DNA of 44,996 nucleotides, taken from the NCBI GenBank assembly GCA_003561965.1, contig PWXJ01000123.1:1-44996 (forward strand). Direction: 5' to 3'. The DNA comes from PVC group bacterium (lineage in GTDB: Bacteria > Auribacterota > Erginobacteria > Erginobacterales > Erginobacteraceae). How positions within the stretch are numbered: the stretch's first letter is position 1; each line of letters begins with the position of its first letter. The notes below the pieces were generated by a model. That model had not been told where the DNA came from. It ran no database searches and saw only the letters and a program-made list of their open reading frames with translations. The position numbers and the translations under genes are program-made. Shown here piece after piece: positions 35,437 to 44,828 of the stretch.

Positions 35437-36296
35437 CTGCTCCCGGCGGCCAGAATCAGCTTCTCCAGCTTCTCCCGGTCGGGGAGGCGGCGGTGGAGCG
35501 GTTCGGGCTTATCCCCTTCCCCGGCCACCTCCCGGTCAAAGACCGCCTTCCGCTCCGGGTTGACGTAAAAGATTCCGGTGGGAAGTTTCTCCGTTTCGGT
35601 CGCCCTCCGGAAGGCCTCGAGCCGGTCGGAAGGGTCGTGGTCTTCGCCCAGGGGGTAGGTGTTCTCCTTGAACCAGCGGTAGGTGTTGGTCCGGTTGAAG
35701 GAGACGCAGGGCTGGAAGATATCGACCAGGGCGTAGCCCGGGTGGGTGATCGCCTCTTTAATGATCTCCCTGGTGCCCTCGGCGTCGCCGATGAAGGCCC
35801 GGGCGACAAAGGAGGCGTTGAGGGCAATTGCCAGGGCCACCGGGTTGAGCGGCTCCTCGAAGACACCCCGGACCTGGACCGGGGTGGTGAAACCCAGGGC
35901 GCTGGTCGGGGAGGCCTGGCCCTTGGTCAGGCCGTAGACCATATTGTTGTGGACCAGGTGGGCGATATCCGGGTTGCGCCGGATCCCGTGGAGGAAGTGG
36001 TTTCCCCCTTCCCCGTAGGAACAGCCGTCCCCGCTCTCGGCGATCACGGTCAGTTCGGGGTTGGCGGCCTTGACCGCCGCCGCTACCGGCAGGGCCCGGC
36101 CGTGGAGTCCGTTGAAGTAGCTGCACTCCAGGTACTGGGGCGTCTTGGCCGCCTGGCCGATCCCGGAGACCAGGACCAGGTTCCTCCGGTCGATCTCCAG
36201 CTCGTCCAGGGCCTCCTCCAGGACCTTGAGAATGGCGAAGTTCCCGCAGCCGGGGCACCAGGCAATGTCCATCTTCTTCTCCTCGTTCCGGTTCAT
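35433..36296 (-). CDS. korB: 2-oxoacid:ferredoxin oxidoreductase, beta (TPP-binding) subunit
   Basis: [17 protein letters not shown] and [15 protein letters not shown] are typical of KorB/OorB-type beta subunits. Confidence 0.85.
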   Translation of the reverse strand: MNRNEEKKMDIAWCPGCGNFAILKVLEEALDELEIDRRNLVLVSGIGQAAKTPQYLECSYFNGLHGRALPVAAAVKAANPELTVIAESGDGCSYGEGGNHFLHGIRRNPDIAHLVHNNMVYGLTKGQASPTSALGFTTPVQVRGVFEEPLNPVALAIALNASFVARAFIGDAEGTREIIKEAITHPGYALVDIFQPCVSFNRTNTYRWFKENTYPLGEDHDPSDRLEAFRRATETEKLPTGIFYVNPERKAVFDREVAGEGDKPEPLHRRLPDREKLEKLILAAGSR

Positions 36297-38005
36297 CGCG
36301 CCGCCTCCTTCTTCAAAGACTCCGCCAGTTCCTCCACCGTGAAGGGTCCTCCGTCCGCCTTCAGGATCCTCCGCTCGATCTTCACCCCGGTCCGCAGTTC
36401 AATCAGGTCGGCGAACTGGCCGGTGGCGTTGTTCTCGACCGCCACCAGCCTCTCGGCCTTTTCCAGGCGGTCCTTCAGCCCCGGGGGGAGGGGGAAAAGC
36501 CGGGAGAAGTGGAGATGCCCGGCGGACTCCAGCCCCGCCTCTTCCAGGGCCTCCCGGACGGCTTCCCGGGTCGAGCCCCAGCCGATTATCAGGGTCCGGC
36601 AGTTCTCCGGCCCGGAGTACTCCGGTTCCGGAACCTCCTTTTCGATCTCCGCCAGTTTCCTGAAGCGCTTCTCCACCATCGCCGCCCGGACGGCGGCGTC
36701 CTCGGTGATCCGCCCGTATTCGTCGTGCTCGTCGCTGTCCGCCCGGACCAACCCCTCCCCCCGACCGGGGATCCCCCGGGGGGAGATTCCATCCTCGGTC
36801 AGGGCGTAGCGGCGATAGTCGGGTCCGGTCTCGACGAACGAATTCTCCACCTCGAAACCGGAGAGGTCGAAGGGCGCCAGGTCGCGGTAGGAGTCGAGGA
36901 GGTACTGGTCGGTGAGGACGATCACCGGAACCTGGAAGCGGTCGGCCAGGTTGAAGGCCTCCCGGGTCAGGTAAAAGGCTTCCTCGACAGAGCCCGGGGC
37001 GAGGATGATCCGGGGGAAGTCGCCGTGGCCGGCGAAGAGGGTGAAGAGGAGGTCGCCCTGCTCGGTCCGGGTCGGGAGTCCGGTCCCCGGCCCCGGCCGC
37101 TGGCCGAGGTGGATCACCAGGGGGGTCTCGGTCACCCCGGCCAGGCTCAAGCTCTCCACCATCAGGGCGAAACCCCCGCCCGAGGTGGTGACCAGCCCCC
37201 GCCCCCCGGCGTACCAGGCCCCCAGGGCCATATTTGCCGCGGCGATCTCGTCCTCGGCCTGTTCGACCTCGACCCCCAGTTCTCCGGCCTGCCCGGCGAT
37301 GAAGACCCCGACGCCGGTGGCGGGGGACATCGGGTAAAACGAGAGAAAGTTACACCCCCCGGCCAGGGCCCCCAGGGCGACCGCCTCGGCGCCGTTGAAG
37401 ATCACCTTGCCCGCCTCCCCCGCAGGGGATGGCAGGGAGAGCTCCAGGTCTCTATCCTTCCGGAACCGTTCGCCCGCGTCGAAACCCCGGCCGAAGGCCT
37501 CCCGGTTCTTCCCGGCGACCTCCTCCCCCTTGGCGGAGAACTTCTCCGCCACCGCCGACGCCATCGCCTCCCGGTCGGCGGCCAGCAGCCCGGCCAGGAC
37601 CCCGGCCGCCGCCGTGTTCAGGTAGAAAGACCCGCCCAGTTCCTTGGCGATCGCCCGCCAGGGGACGGCCAGGAAGACCCCCCGTCCCTTCTCCTCCGGG
37701 GTGAGGTCGTCCTCTTCCCCGGCCACCACCGTCTCCGGCGAGATCCTCTCCCCGAGGTGGTCCGCCCCGCCCCGGTCGAGGATCAGGGCGACGTCCAGCC
37801 CCGCCCGGAGGGCCCGGACCGGCCGGGAGGAGACCCGGACCGTGGTCGAGTTCATCCCCCCCCGGATCCGGGACATATACTCCTTGGTGGTGAAGACGTG
37901 GAGGCCCGCCCGGTGGAAGAGCAGCTGGAGCAGCCCCTCCACCGTCTTGATCCCCTGCCCGGCCTGCCCGCAGATCGCGATCGAAAGTCCGTGATTTTTC
38001 GCCAT
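36293..38005 (-). CDS. korA: 2-oxoacid:ferredoxin oxidoreductase, alpha subunit with a fused N-terminal gamma-like domain
   Basis: The N-terminal [13 protein letters not shown] (gamma-domain P-loop-like) is followed by an alpha domain ([42 protein letters not shown]). A 4-bp overlap links it to korB. Confidence 0.85.
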   Translation of the reverse strand: MAKNHGLSIAICGQAGQGIKTVEGLLQLLFHRAGLHVFTTKEYMSRIRGGMNSTTVRVSSRPVRALRAGLDVALILDRGGADHLGERISPETVVAGEEDDLTPEEKGRGVFLAVPWRAIAKELGGSFYLNTAAAGVLAGLLAADREAMASAVAEKFSAKGEEVAGKNREAFGRGFDAGERFRKDRDLELSLPSPAGEAGKVIFNGAEAVALGALAGGCNFLSFYPMSPATGVGVFIAGQAGELGVEVEQAEDEIAAANMALGAWYAGGRGLVTTSGGGFALMVESLSLAGVTETPLVIHLGQRPGPGTGLPTRTEQGDLLFTLFAGHGDFPRIILAPGSVEEAFYLTREAFNLADRFQVPVIVLTDQYLLDSYRDLAPFDLSGFEVENSFVETGPDYRRYALTEDGISPRGIPGRGEGLVRADSDEHDEYGRITEDAAVRAAMVEKRFRKLAEIEKEVPEPEYSGPENCRTLIIGWGSTREAVREALEEAGLESAGHLHFSRLFPLPPGLKDRLEKAERLVAVENNATGQFADLIELRTGVKIERRILKADGGPFTVEELAESLKKEAAR

Positions 38006-38174
38006 ATGATTACCCCGTTTTTTCCCGGTGATCGAATAGTGCCATTATACACCATCCGCCGGGACAGGCTCGGGAAAAAATTTGACCGGGAGAAATATCT
38101 TTACTAAAATAATCGGGTGTTTCTCAACATCCTGTTCGAAATTTTCGTTCAAACCTTAACTCCGGGATAAAATT

Positions 38175-40010
38175 ATGATAACGGCCGCGATAACCCCGAA
38201 GACAATCCTGACTTTTTCCGCCGTCCTCACGGCTTGCCTCCTCTCCGCCGCCCCGCTCACGGCCGAAGAGTGGTCCGCCCTGGGGACCGGGATGGACGGT
38301 ACCGTTAATGCGCTGGTCTGCGACCCCGCGGGCAACCTCTACGCCGGCGGGCAGTTTGTCCAGGCCGGCGGGGAGACGGTTAACTATATCGCCAAGTGGG
38401 ACGGCCAATCCTGGTCGCCGCTGGCTTCGGGGATGGACTACCCGGTTCGCGCCCTGGCCCACGACGGGGATAATCTCTATGCCGGGGGAGACTTCCGGAA
38501 GGCCGGCGGCGTGGACGCCCAGCATATCGCGCTATGGGACGGGGATACCTGGCACCCGCTCGGCGACGGGATGGATTTAGGGCCCCTGCATGGAGTTCAA
38601 ACCCTGGTCTTCGACCCCGCAGGCAACCTCTACGCCGGCGGGAAGTTCACCGAGGCCGGAGATGTGGAAGCCAATAATGTCGCCCGCTGGGATGGACAGA
38701 CCTGGCACCCTCTCGCGGATGGAGTGAACGGCACCGTCTGGGCCCTGGTCCATGACGGCGGGGACAACCTCTACGCGGGTTGGGGATTCCCCGGAGGACC
38801 GGGGGGTGTCGCCCGTTGGGAAGACAATTCCTGGTCTCCGGTGGGAGACGACTTCAACAACTCCGTCAGTGCCCTGGCCCTTGACTCGGACGGAGAACTC
38901 TACGCGGGGGGTTGGTTTACCCGGACCGGGGAGAAAGATGCCAATTATGTCGCGGTCTGGGACGAATGGGCCCCAAGCTGGGGGCCGGTTGGTGATGGAA
39001 TGAATGGGCCCGTTCTGGCGCTGGTCTCCGGCGGAACGGGGACCCTCTACGCGGGTGGATCTTTTGAAGAATCCGGGGGACAGACAGTGAACCGGGTGAC
39101 CCGCTGGGACGGGAGTTCCTGGTCGCCGCTCGGCGAGGGGGTTGCGGGCGGAGATTTCCCCACCGTGGAAGCCCTGGCCCTCGACCCGGCCGGCAACCTC
39201 TACGTCGGGGGGCAAGACTTCGAGACGGCCGGGGGACAGGAAGCCCTGAGGATCGCCCTTTGGGGCCGGGCGGCCGCGCCCTGGATCTACGATTACTCCG
39301 GCGACGAGAGGTCCGACATCGCGATCTTCCGGCCCGACACCGGCCTCTGGGCGGTCCGGAACCTCACCCGGGTTTACTTCGGAACCTTCGGAGACACCCC
39401 GGTCCCCGGGGATTACACCGGCGACGGGACGACCGAGATCGCGATCTTCCGGGAAAGCTCCGGGCTCTGGGCGGTCCGGGGAGGCCCGCGGGTTTACTTC
39501 GGAACTCATGGCGACAAACCCGTTCCCGGGGATTACACGGGCGACGGGACTACCGAGATCGCGATCTTCCGGGATGGTTCCGGCCTCTGGGCGATACGCA
39601 ACCTCACCCGGGTTTACTTCGGCACTTCCGGCGACACCCCGGTCCCCGGCTACTACACCGGCGGCGCGGCCGCCGGGATCGGGATCTTCCGGGACGGCTC
39701 CGGCCTCTGGGCGATCCGAAACCTGACCCGGATCTACTTCGGAACGCAGCTCGACCGGCCGGTCCCCGGGGACTATGACGGGGACGGCGCCTGGTCCCCG
39801 GCGGTCTTCCGGCCCTCGACCGGCCTCTGGGCGGTCCGCGGGGTCACCCGGGGCTATTTCGGCACCGAATTCGACCAGCCCCGACCGGCCTTTTACGGCG
39901 GCGGACCGGACCGGATCGGGATCTTCCGCCACTCCTCGGGCCTCTGGGCCGTCCGGGACCTGACCCGGATCTATTTCGGCGCCCCCTGGGACATCCCGGT
40001 CACCCGGTAG
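38175..40010 (+). CDS. Secreted two-module repeat protein: N-terminal beta-propeller-like WDG...LYAGG repeats plus six C-terminal FG-GAP/VCBS-like 40-aa repeats
   Basis: Signal peptide. About seven repeats of WDGxxWxPLGDGMNGxVxAL...GNLYAGGxFxxAGG. These are followed by six repeats of PVPGDYTGDGTTEIAIFRxxSGLWAVRxLTRVYFGT. Confidence 0.75.
   Translation: MITAAITPKTILTFSAVLTACLLSAAPLTAEEWSALGTGMDGTVNALVCDPAGNLYAGGQFVQAGGETVNYIAKWDGQSWSPLASGMDYPVRALAHDGDNLYAGGDFRKAGGVDAQHIALWDGDTWHPLGDGMDLGPLHGVQTLVFDPAGNLYAGGKFTEAGDVEANNVARWDGQTWHPLADGVNGTVWALVHDGGDNLYAGWGFPGGPGGVARWEDNSWSPVGDDFNNSVSALALDSDGELYAGGWFTRTGEKDANYVAVWDEWAPSWGPVGDGMNGPVLALVSGGTGTLYAGGSFEESGGQTVNRVTRWDGSSWSPLGEGVAGGDFPTVEALALDPAGNLYVGGQDFETAGGQEALRIALWGRAAAPWIYDYSGDERSDIAIFRPDTGLWAVRNLTRVYFGTFGDTPVPGDYTGDGTTEIAIFRESSGLWAVRGGPRVYFGTHGDKPVPGDYTGDGTTEIAIFRDGSGLWAIRNLTRVYFGTSGDTPVPGYYTGGAAAGIGIFRDGSGLWAIRNLTRIYFGTQLDRPVPGDYDGDGAWSPAVFRPSTGLWAVRGVTRGYFGTEFDQPRPAFYGGGPDRIGIFRHSSGLWAVRDLTRIYFGAPWDIPVTR
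39291..40007 (+). repeat. Six intragenic tandem repeats, period 120 bp
   Basis: GATTAC(A/T)CCGGCGACG... recurs at 39291, 39411 and 39531, then in diverged form at 39651, 39771 and 39891. Copies 2 and 3 are near-identical at the DNA level. Confidence 0.85.
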
Positions 40011-40014
40011 CGCG

Positions 40015-40064
40015 ATTCCGGGGAGACAATACTTATTCCGAATTAAGTATTGTCTCCCCGGAAT
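40015..40064 (+). terminator. Very strong hairpin (perfect 21-bp stem); probable terminator of 38175-40010
   Basis: ATTCCGGGGAGACAATACTTA (40015-35) pairs with TAAGTATTGTCTCCCCGGAAT (40044-64) across an 8-nt loop, followed by TTGTATTAT. It begins 5 nt after the stop codon. Confidence 0.7.
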
Positions 40065-40106
40065 TTGTATTATCATCCTCGCTCCGGAGACCGAGCACGG
40101 TTGGTG

Positions 40107-41084
40107 ATGAAAAGAGAACCCTGGAAACCGAGAAAGGTGGCGATCGTCGGGGCCGGTTCGGTCGGCTCGACCTTCGCCTACGCCCTGGCCCAGAGCGGGC
40201 CGGCCGAGGAGATCGTCCTGATCGACCGCGACCGGCGGCTGGCCGAAGGGCAGGCCCTCGACCTGGCCCACGGGCTGCCCTTCTTCCCCCCGGCCGAGAT
40301 CCGGGCCGGGGACTACCCCGACTGCGGCGACGCCCGCCTGACCGTAATCACCGCCGGGGCCCGGCAGAAGCCGGGGGAGTCTCGCCTCGACCTCCTGAAG
40401 AGGAACGCCCGGATCATCGAGGAGATCGTCGCCGAGATCGAAGCCTCGGGCTTTTCCGGGGTGACCGTTGTCGTCTCCAACCCGGTGGACGTCCTGACCT
40501 GGGTCGCGGCAAAGAAGGCCGGCGGGGGTCTGGGCCGGGTGATCGGCTCGGGCACCGTCCTCGACAGCGCCCGCTTCCGCTACCTCCTCAGCAAGCACTG
40601 CGGGGTCGACCCCCGCAACGTCCACGCCTACGTCCTGGGCGAACACGGGGACAGCGAGTTCGCCGCCTGGTCGCTCACCCACCTGGCCGGGACGAGGATT
40701 GACGACTACTGCCCGGTCTGCGGAAAGTGTAACGACTGGGAGCGCCAACGCCGGGAGATCGAGGAGACCGTCCGGAACTCCGCCTACCACGTCATCGACT
40801 ACAAGGGCGCCACCTATTTCGCGGTCGGGCTGGCCCTGGTCCGGATCGCCGAGGCGGTCCTCCGCAACCGGAACAGCGTCCTCACCGTCTCCGTCCCCCT
40901 GGAGGGGGAGTACGGCCTGGAGGGGGTCTGCCTCAGCCTCCCCTGCCTGGTCAACGAGTCCGGGGCGGCCCGGATCATCGAGAGCCCCCTCCCGGAGAAG
41001 GAACTGGCGGCGCTGAAGAACTCGGCCGCGGTGCTACGGGAAGAGATCGCAAGCCTTAACAAGGGGCCGGACCACGATAATTAG
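40107..41084 (+). CDS. ldh: L-lactate dehydrogenase
   Basis: Start reassigned to ATG 40107 (MKREPWKPRKVAIVGAGSVGS Rossmann fold). ITAGARQKPGESRLDL has Gln at the LDH/MDH-discriminating position. LGEHGDSEF is also present. Confidence 0.85.
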   Translation: MKREPWKPRKVAIVGAGSVGSTFAYALAQSGPAEEIVLIDRDRRLAEGQALDLAHGLPFFPPAEIRAGDYPDCGDARLTVITAGARQKPGESRLDLLKRNARIIEEIVAEIEASGFSGVTVVVSNPVDVLTWVAAKKAGGGLGRVIGSGTVLDSARFRYLLSKHCGVDPRNVHAYVLGEHGDSEFAAWSLTHLAGTRIDDYCPVCGKCNDWERQRREIEETVRNSAYHVIDYKGATYFAVGLALVRIAEAVLRNRNSVLTVSVPLEGEYGLEGVCLSLPCLVNESGAARIIESPLPEKELAALKNSAAVLREEIASLNKGPDHDN

Positions 41085-41094
41085 TTGATATACA

Positions 41095-41113
41095 GAAAAT
41101 TACGCATATTTTC
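41095..41113. promoter_or_regulatory. 19-bp inverted repeat GAAAAT-N7-ATTTTC; candidate Fur-family (Zur-like) operator
   Basis: Read directly in the AT-rich gap upstream of the metal-uptake operon. The size and AT-rich symmetry resemble Fur-family boxes, but there is no consensus match beyond the symmetry. Confidence 0.25.
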
Positions 41114-41233
41114 GGAAAGTTTTAGGGTTTTTGTAGCCCCATTTTATCCTTCAAAGAAATTTTGGTTGGTCCAGTTACGCACCCCGTTTCAAGCGCCGTC
41201 TTCGGATTGGATCGAGCATATTGTTCAGCGATT

Positions 41234-41626
41234 ATGACAGCGAGAACCCATAATCGCCGCCGGACCGGGGGCTGGCTGCTCCTGGGAATCTTCCTGGCCG
41301 GGGTCTGGTTTCTGCCCGCGGCCCACGAGGCCCTCCACCTCCATCTCCCCTCCGGGAACTGTTCCCACTCCCGGCCGGCGGCCTGTCCTCCGCCGGGAGA
41401 AGACGGGGACCGGGGCGACAACAAACCGGCCCACGACCCCGGCGACTGCCGGCTCTGCGTCATCAAGGCCCTCCCGCTGGAGACTGCCCCAACGGTCTCC
41501 GTCTCGGCGGACGACCGCCTTCTCCCCGAACGTCCGGTTTACTTCACCGCCCGTCCCCATCCCGGGCCGGGTCCCTCCCTCCACCTCTCCCGGGCGCCTC
41601 CTTCCCGTCAACTGTCCGCGGTTTAA
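41234..41626 (+). CDS. Small membrane-anchored Cys/His-containing protein (hypothetical)
   Basis: Start assumed at ATG 41234 (MTARTHNRRRTGGWLLLGIFLAGVWFL, a TM helix), followed by HEALHLHLPSGNCSH and DCRLC. First gene of the metal-uptake cluster. Confidence 0.4.
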   Translation: MTARTHNRRRTGGWLLLGIFLAGVWFLPAAHEALHLHLPSGNCSHSRPAACPPPGEDGDRGDNKPAHDPGDCRLCVIKALPLETAPTVSVSADDRLLPERPVYFTARPHPGPGPSLHLSRAPPSRQLSAV

Positions 41627-41702
41627 AACCTGCGGGCGTCCGCCGCTTCGGGCTCTTCCCGGCGGCCGGACGACCGGTTGACGGAAAATAAGGAGACGTC
41701 CA

Positions 41703-42986
41703 TTGAAAATCAGGATTATAGTACTGTTCGGCTGCGCTCTCTCCCTCCTCGCCGCCCGTTCCGCCCCCGGCCAGGACGCCGGAGGTAGGAGCGATAGGCC
41801 GGTGGTCAGCTTCAACCCCAACATCTCGGTGGTCATCGATACCGTCGGCTACTGGCACAGCGGCGACGAGGAACTGGACCACGTCCTGGAGGAACTCCGG
41901 GGCTTCGGCCACGCGCATCAGGACTGCGGCCACCATCAACATCACGACCACGGCTTCGAGAAGGGATTCAACCTCCGGCATCTCGAGCTGATGTTCGAGG
42001 CCGACGTCGACCCCTACTTCAAGGGCTGGGCGATCGTCGCGGTGGATACCCACGGGGCCGAGCTGGAGGAAGCGGCGGTCCTGACCACCTCCCTCCCCTG
42101 GGGGCTCCAGGTCAAGCTGGGGAAGTTCTTCAGCGACTTCAGCCGGCTCAACGCCCAGCACGCCCACGAGTGGAACTTCACCGACCAGACCCTGATCTAC
42201 CGGGTCCTGCTCGGCGACCACGGCCTCAACGAGATCGGGGCCCAGCTCTCCTGGCTGACCCCGGCGCCGTTCTTTTTGCTGGCCGGACTGGAAGTCCTCC
42301 AGGGGGATAACGAGATCGCCTTTGAGTACCACGGCGACGGCCCGCTGCCGGAGCGCGACGGGCCGCGACTCTTTCTCGGCTGGCTCAAGGCCTCCCCCAA
42401 CCTCGCCGGCAACCACGCCATCCAGGCCGGGTTATTCGCCGGCCGCGGTGTCCGGCAGGAGGAGCACCTCGGCCCCGAGGGGCATTACGACCCGGGCAGC
42501 CACTACCTGGACGGGCACCAGTGGATCTACGGCGCCGACTTCGTCTACAGGTATACCCCGCCCCGGGCCTACGGCCAGGGGGCCTTTACCCTCGAGGGCG
42601 GATATATGGGCCGCCGCGCCGAGATCGAACTCAAGGCCCACAACAACCCCGGACGGCACCATCTGCTGGGGAACAACCTGGTCAAGGAGCAGGACGGCCT
42701 CTACCTCCAGGCGGTTTACGGCTTCGCGCCCCGCTGGCGGTTCGGGGTCCGGGGAGAAGCGCTCGGGCTGACCAACCGGGAGAAGAAACCCTCCGGAGCC
42801 GAGGAGAAGTTCGACCCCAGCTGGCGGGCCTCGGCGATGCTCGACTGGACCCTGACCGAGTTCTCCCGGCTCCGCCTCCAGGGCAACCACGGCCGCTACG
42901 ACACCGACGAGGGAAAGGAGAGCGTCAGCGAGGTCTTCCTCCAGGCGGTCTTTTCCCTCGGCTCCCACCCGGCGCACCGTTTCTGA
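41703..42986 (+). CDS. Outer-membrane beta-barrel protein with an N-terminal His-rich metal-binding segment
   Basis: TTG start with AAGGAG upstream and a signal peptide. GHAHQDCGHHQHHDHG tract, alternating strand pattern, and a C-terminal ...HPAHRF (terminal Phe). Confidence 0.6.
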   Translation: MKIRIIVLFGCALSLLAARSAPGQDAGGRSDRPVVSFNPNISVVIDTVGYWHSGDEELDHVLEELRGFGHAHQDCGHHQHHDHGFEKGFNLRHLELMFEADVDPYFKGWAIVAVDTHGAELEEAAVLTTSLPWGLQVKLGKFFSDFSRLNAQHAHEWNFTDQTLIYRVLLGDHGLNEIGAQLSWLTPAPFFLLAGLEVLQGDNEIAFEYHGDGPLPERDGPRLFLGWLKASPNLAGNHAIQAGLFAGRGVRQEEHLGPEGHYDPGSHYLDGHQWIYGADFVYRYTPPRAYGQGAFTLEGGYMGRRAEIELKAHNNPGRHHLLGNNLVKEQDGLYLQAVYGFAPRWRFGVRGEALGLTNREKKPSGAEEKFDPSWRASAMLDWTLTEFSRLRLQGNHGRYDTDEGKESVSEVFLQAVFSLGSHPAHRF

Positions 42987-43037
42987 GCAGCCCTCAACCG
43001 CTGAGATAAACCGACAGAATCAAAAGGAGTAAGAACG

Positions 43038-44054
43038 ATGAAAAGAACAATTAAACTGCTGGCCTGGATCGGAACCGCCGCCCTGATTTTCAGCGGCTCA
43101 ACCTTCGCCCGGCCGCTCAACATCGTGGCCACCACGCCGGAGCTGGGTTCGCTGGCCTCGGCCATCGCCGGCGAACGGGCCGCCGTCCGTTCGATAACCA
43201 CCGGACAGGAAGACCCCCACTTCCTCAACGCCCGGCCGACCTATATGGTGATGGCCCGGAACGCCGACCTCTGGATCCGGATGGGTCTGGACCTGGAGAT
43301 CGGCTGGGAGCCGGTCATCATCGACGGGTCCCGCAACCGTTCGATCCGGGTGGGGCAGCGCGGGCATTTCGACGCGGCGAATTACGTCCCCTACGTGCTG
43401 GAAGTCCCCGACGCCACCGTCACCCGGGCGATGGGCGACGTCCACCCCTCGGGCAACCCGCACTATATGATCGACCCCTACTGCGCCCGGGCGGTGGCGA
43501 TCGCGCTGGCCGAGCGGCTGATCGACCTCGATCCGGCCCACGCCGAGACTTACCGGGCGGGCCTCAAGGACTTCCTGGCCCGGCTCGACCGGGAGATGTT
43601 CGGGGCCGGCCTGGTCGAACGGCTCGGCGGCGAACGCCTCTGGGCGGCCGAAGCCGAGGGCAGGTTCTGGGAACTGCTCGAGGCGGAGGAGGCCCTGGAC
43701 GACCTCGGCGGCTGGCGCGGCGCGATGCGGTCCTGGAAGGGCAAGCCGATCATCACCTTTCACAAGAGCTGGAGCTACTTCGCCGGACGCTTCGACCTGA
43801 CCGTGGCCGGTGAACTCGAGCCCCTGCCGGGGATCCCGCCCAGCCCGGCCCACCTGGCCCGAGTGATCGACCTGGTCCGGGCCCGCGAGATCTCGCTGAT
43901 CCTCAAGGAGCCCTTCTATCCCCTGCGCCCGGCCGAGTTCGTGGCCCGGGAGACCGGGGCCCGGGTGGCGACGGCCAACACTTTCGCCACGGACGTCGCG
44001 GCCGACGCCTATTTCCGGCTGATGGATTCGATCGTGGCCGCTTTCGCGGAATAA
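43038..44054 (+). CDS. znuA: Metal (Zn/Mn-type) ABC transporter substrate-binding protein, ZnuA/TroA family
   Basis: Signal peptide. DPHFL, HPSGNPHYMIDP, FHKSWSYF and PSPAHLARVIDLVR match cluster A-I (TroA-like) binding proteins. Confidence 0.8.
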   Translation: MKRTIKLLAWIGTAALIFSGSTFARPLNIVATTPELGSLASAIAGERAAVRSITTGQEDPHFLNARPTYMVMARNADLWIRMGLDLEIGWEPVIIDGSRNRSIRVGQRGHFDAANYVPYVLEVPDATVTRAMGDVHPSGNPHYMIDPYCARAVAIALAERLIDLDPAHAETYRAGLKDFLARLDREMFGAGLVERLGGERLWAAEAEGRFWELLEAEEALDDLGGWRGAMRSWKGKPIITFHKSWSYFAGRFDLTVAGELEPLPGIPPSPAHLARVIDLVRAREISLILKEPFYPLRPAEFVARETGARVATANTFATDVAADAYFRLMDSIVAAFAE

Positions 44055-44069
44055 TAACAACCAATCGGG

Positions 44070-44100
44070 CGGCGGGGCCGGACGGACTCCGGCCCCGCCG
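44070..44100 (+). other. Intercistronic GC-rich hairpin between znuA and znuC
   Basis: A 12-bp stem CGGCGGGGCCGG / CCGGCCCCGCCG with a 7-nt loop and no T-tract. It is likely an mRNA-stabilising or attenuating structure. Confidence 0.5.
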
Positions 44101-44120
44101 GCCGGAACCCGGAGTTTAAT

Positions 44121-44828
44121 ATGACAACCGATTCCAATCCCGCAGTCGACGGGCGCCCGGAAGACCCCCTGATCGCCTGCCGGGGGGTGGCGGTGGGCTA
44201 CGACGGCGACCCCGTCCTCGAGGACGTCAACCTCGACGTCCCCCGGGGGGTCTTCCTCCCCTTCGTCGGGCCCAACGGGGCGGGGAAGACCACCCTGCTC
44301 CGGGCCATCCTCGGGCTGATCCCGCCGCTGGGCGGCAGCATCCGGGCCCCCTTCGCCGAACGGCCGCCCGGCTACGTCTCCCAGTTGAAGTCCATCGACC
44401 CCCTCTACCCGGTCTCGGCCCTGGAGATAGTTTTGATGGGGGCCTACCACCGGATGAGATGGCACGGCCGGGGCGACAAGGAAACCTGCCGGGAAGAGGC
44501 CCGCCGGCTTTTAGCCGACTTCGGCCTGGCCGATCACGAGAACAAGACCTTCCACCAGCTCTCCGGGGGGATGCGCCAGAAGGTCCTGATCGCCCGGGCC
44601 CTGGCCGGCGCGCCGGATGTGCTGATTATGGACGAGCCGACCACCGAACTCGACCACAACACCCAGCGGGCGGTGATGGATATCCTCTGGTCGGCCGCCC
44701 GGGACCGGGGACGCACGGTCCTCCTGGTCCACCACGGCCTGGGCCGGATCGAGGAGATGGCCGGGGAGGTCTGCCTGGTCCGGGAGGGCCGGGCCAGGAT
44801 GGTCCCGACCGCGGAGGCGAGGTTCTGA
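44121..44828 (+). CDS. znuC: Metal ABC transporter ATP-binding protein
   Basis: Walker A GPNGAGKTT, signature LSGGMRQ and Walker B VLIMDEPT. Confidence 0.85.
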   Translation: MTTDSNPAVDGRPEDPLIACRGVAVGYDGDPVLEDVNLDVPRGVFLPFVGPNGAGKTTLLRAILGLIPPLGGSIRAPFAERPPGYVSQLKSIDPLYPVSALEIVLMGAYHRMRWHGRGDKETCREEARRLLADFGLADHENKTFHQLSGGMRQKVLIARALAGAPDVLIMDEPTTELDHNTQRAVMDILWSAARDRGRTVLLVHHGLGRIEEMAGEVCLVREGRARMVPTAEARF

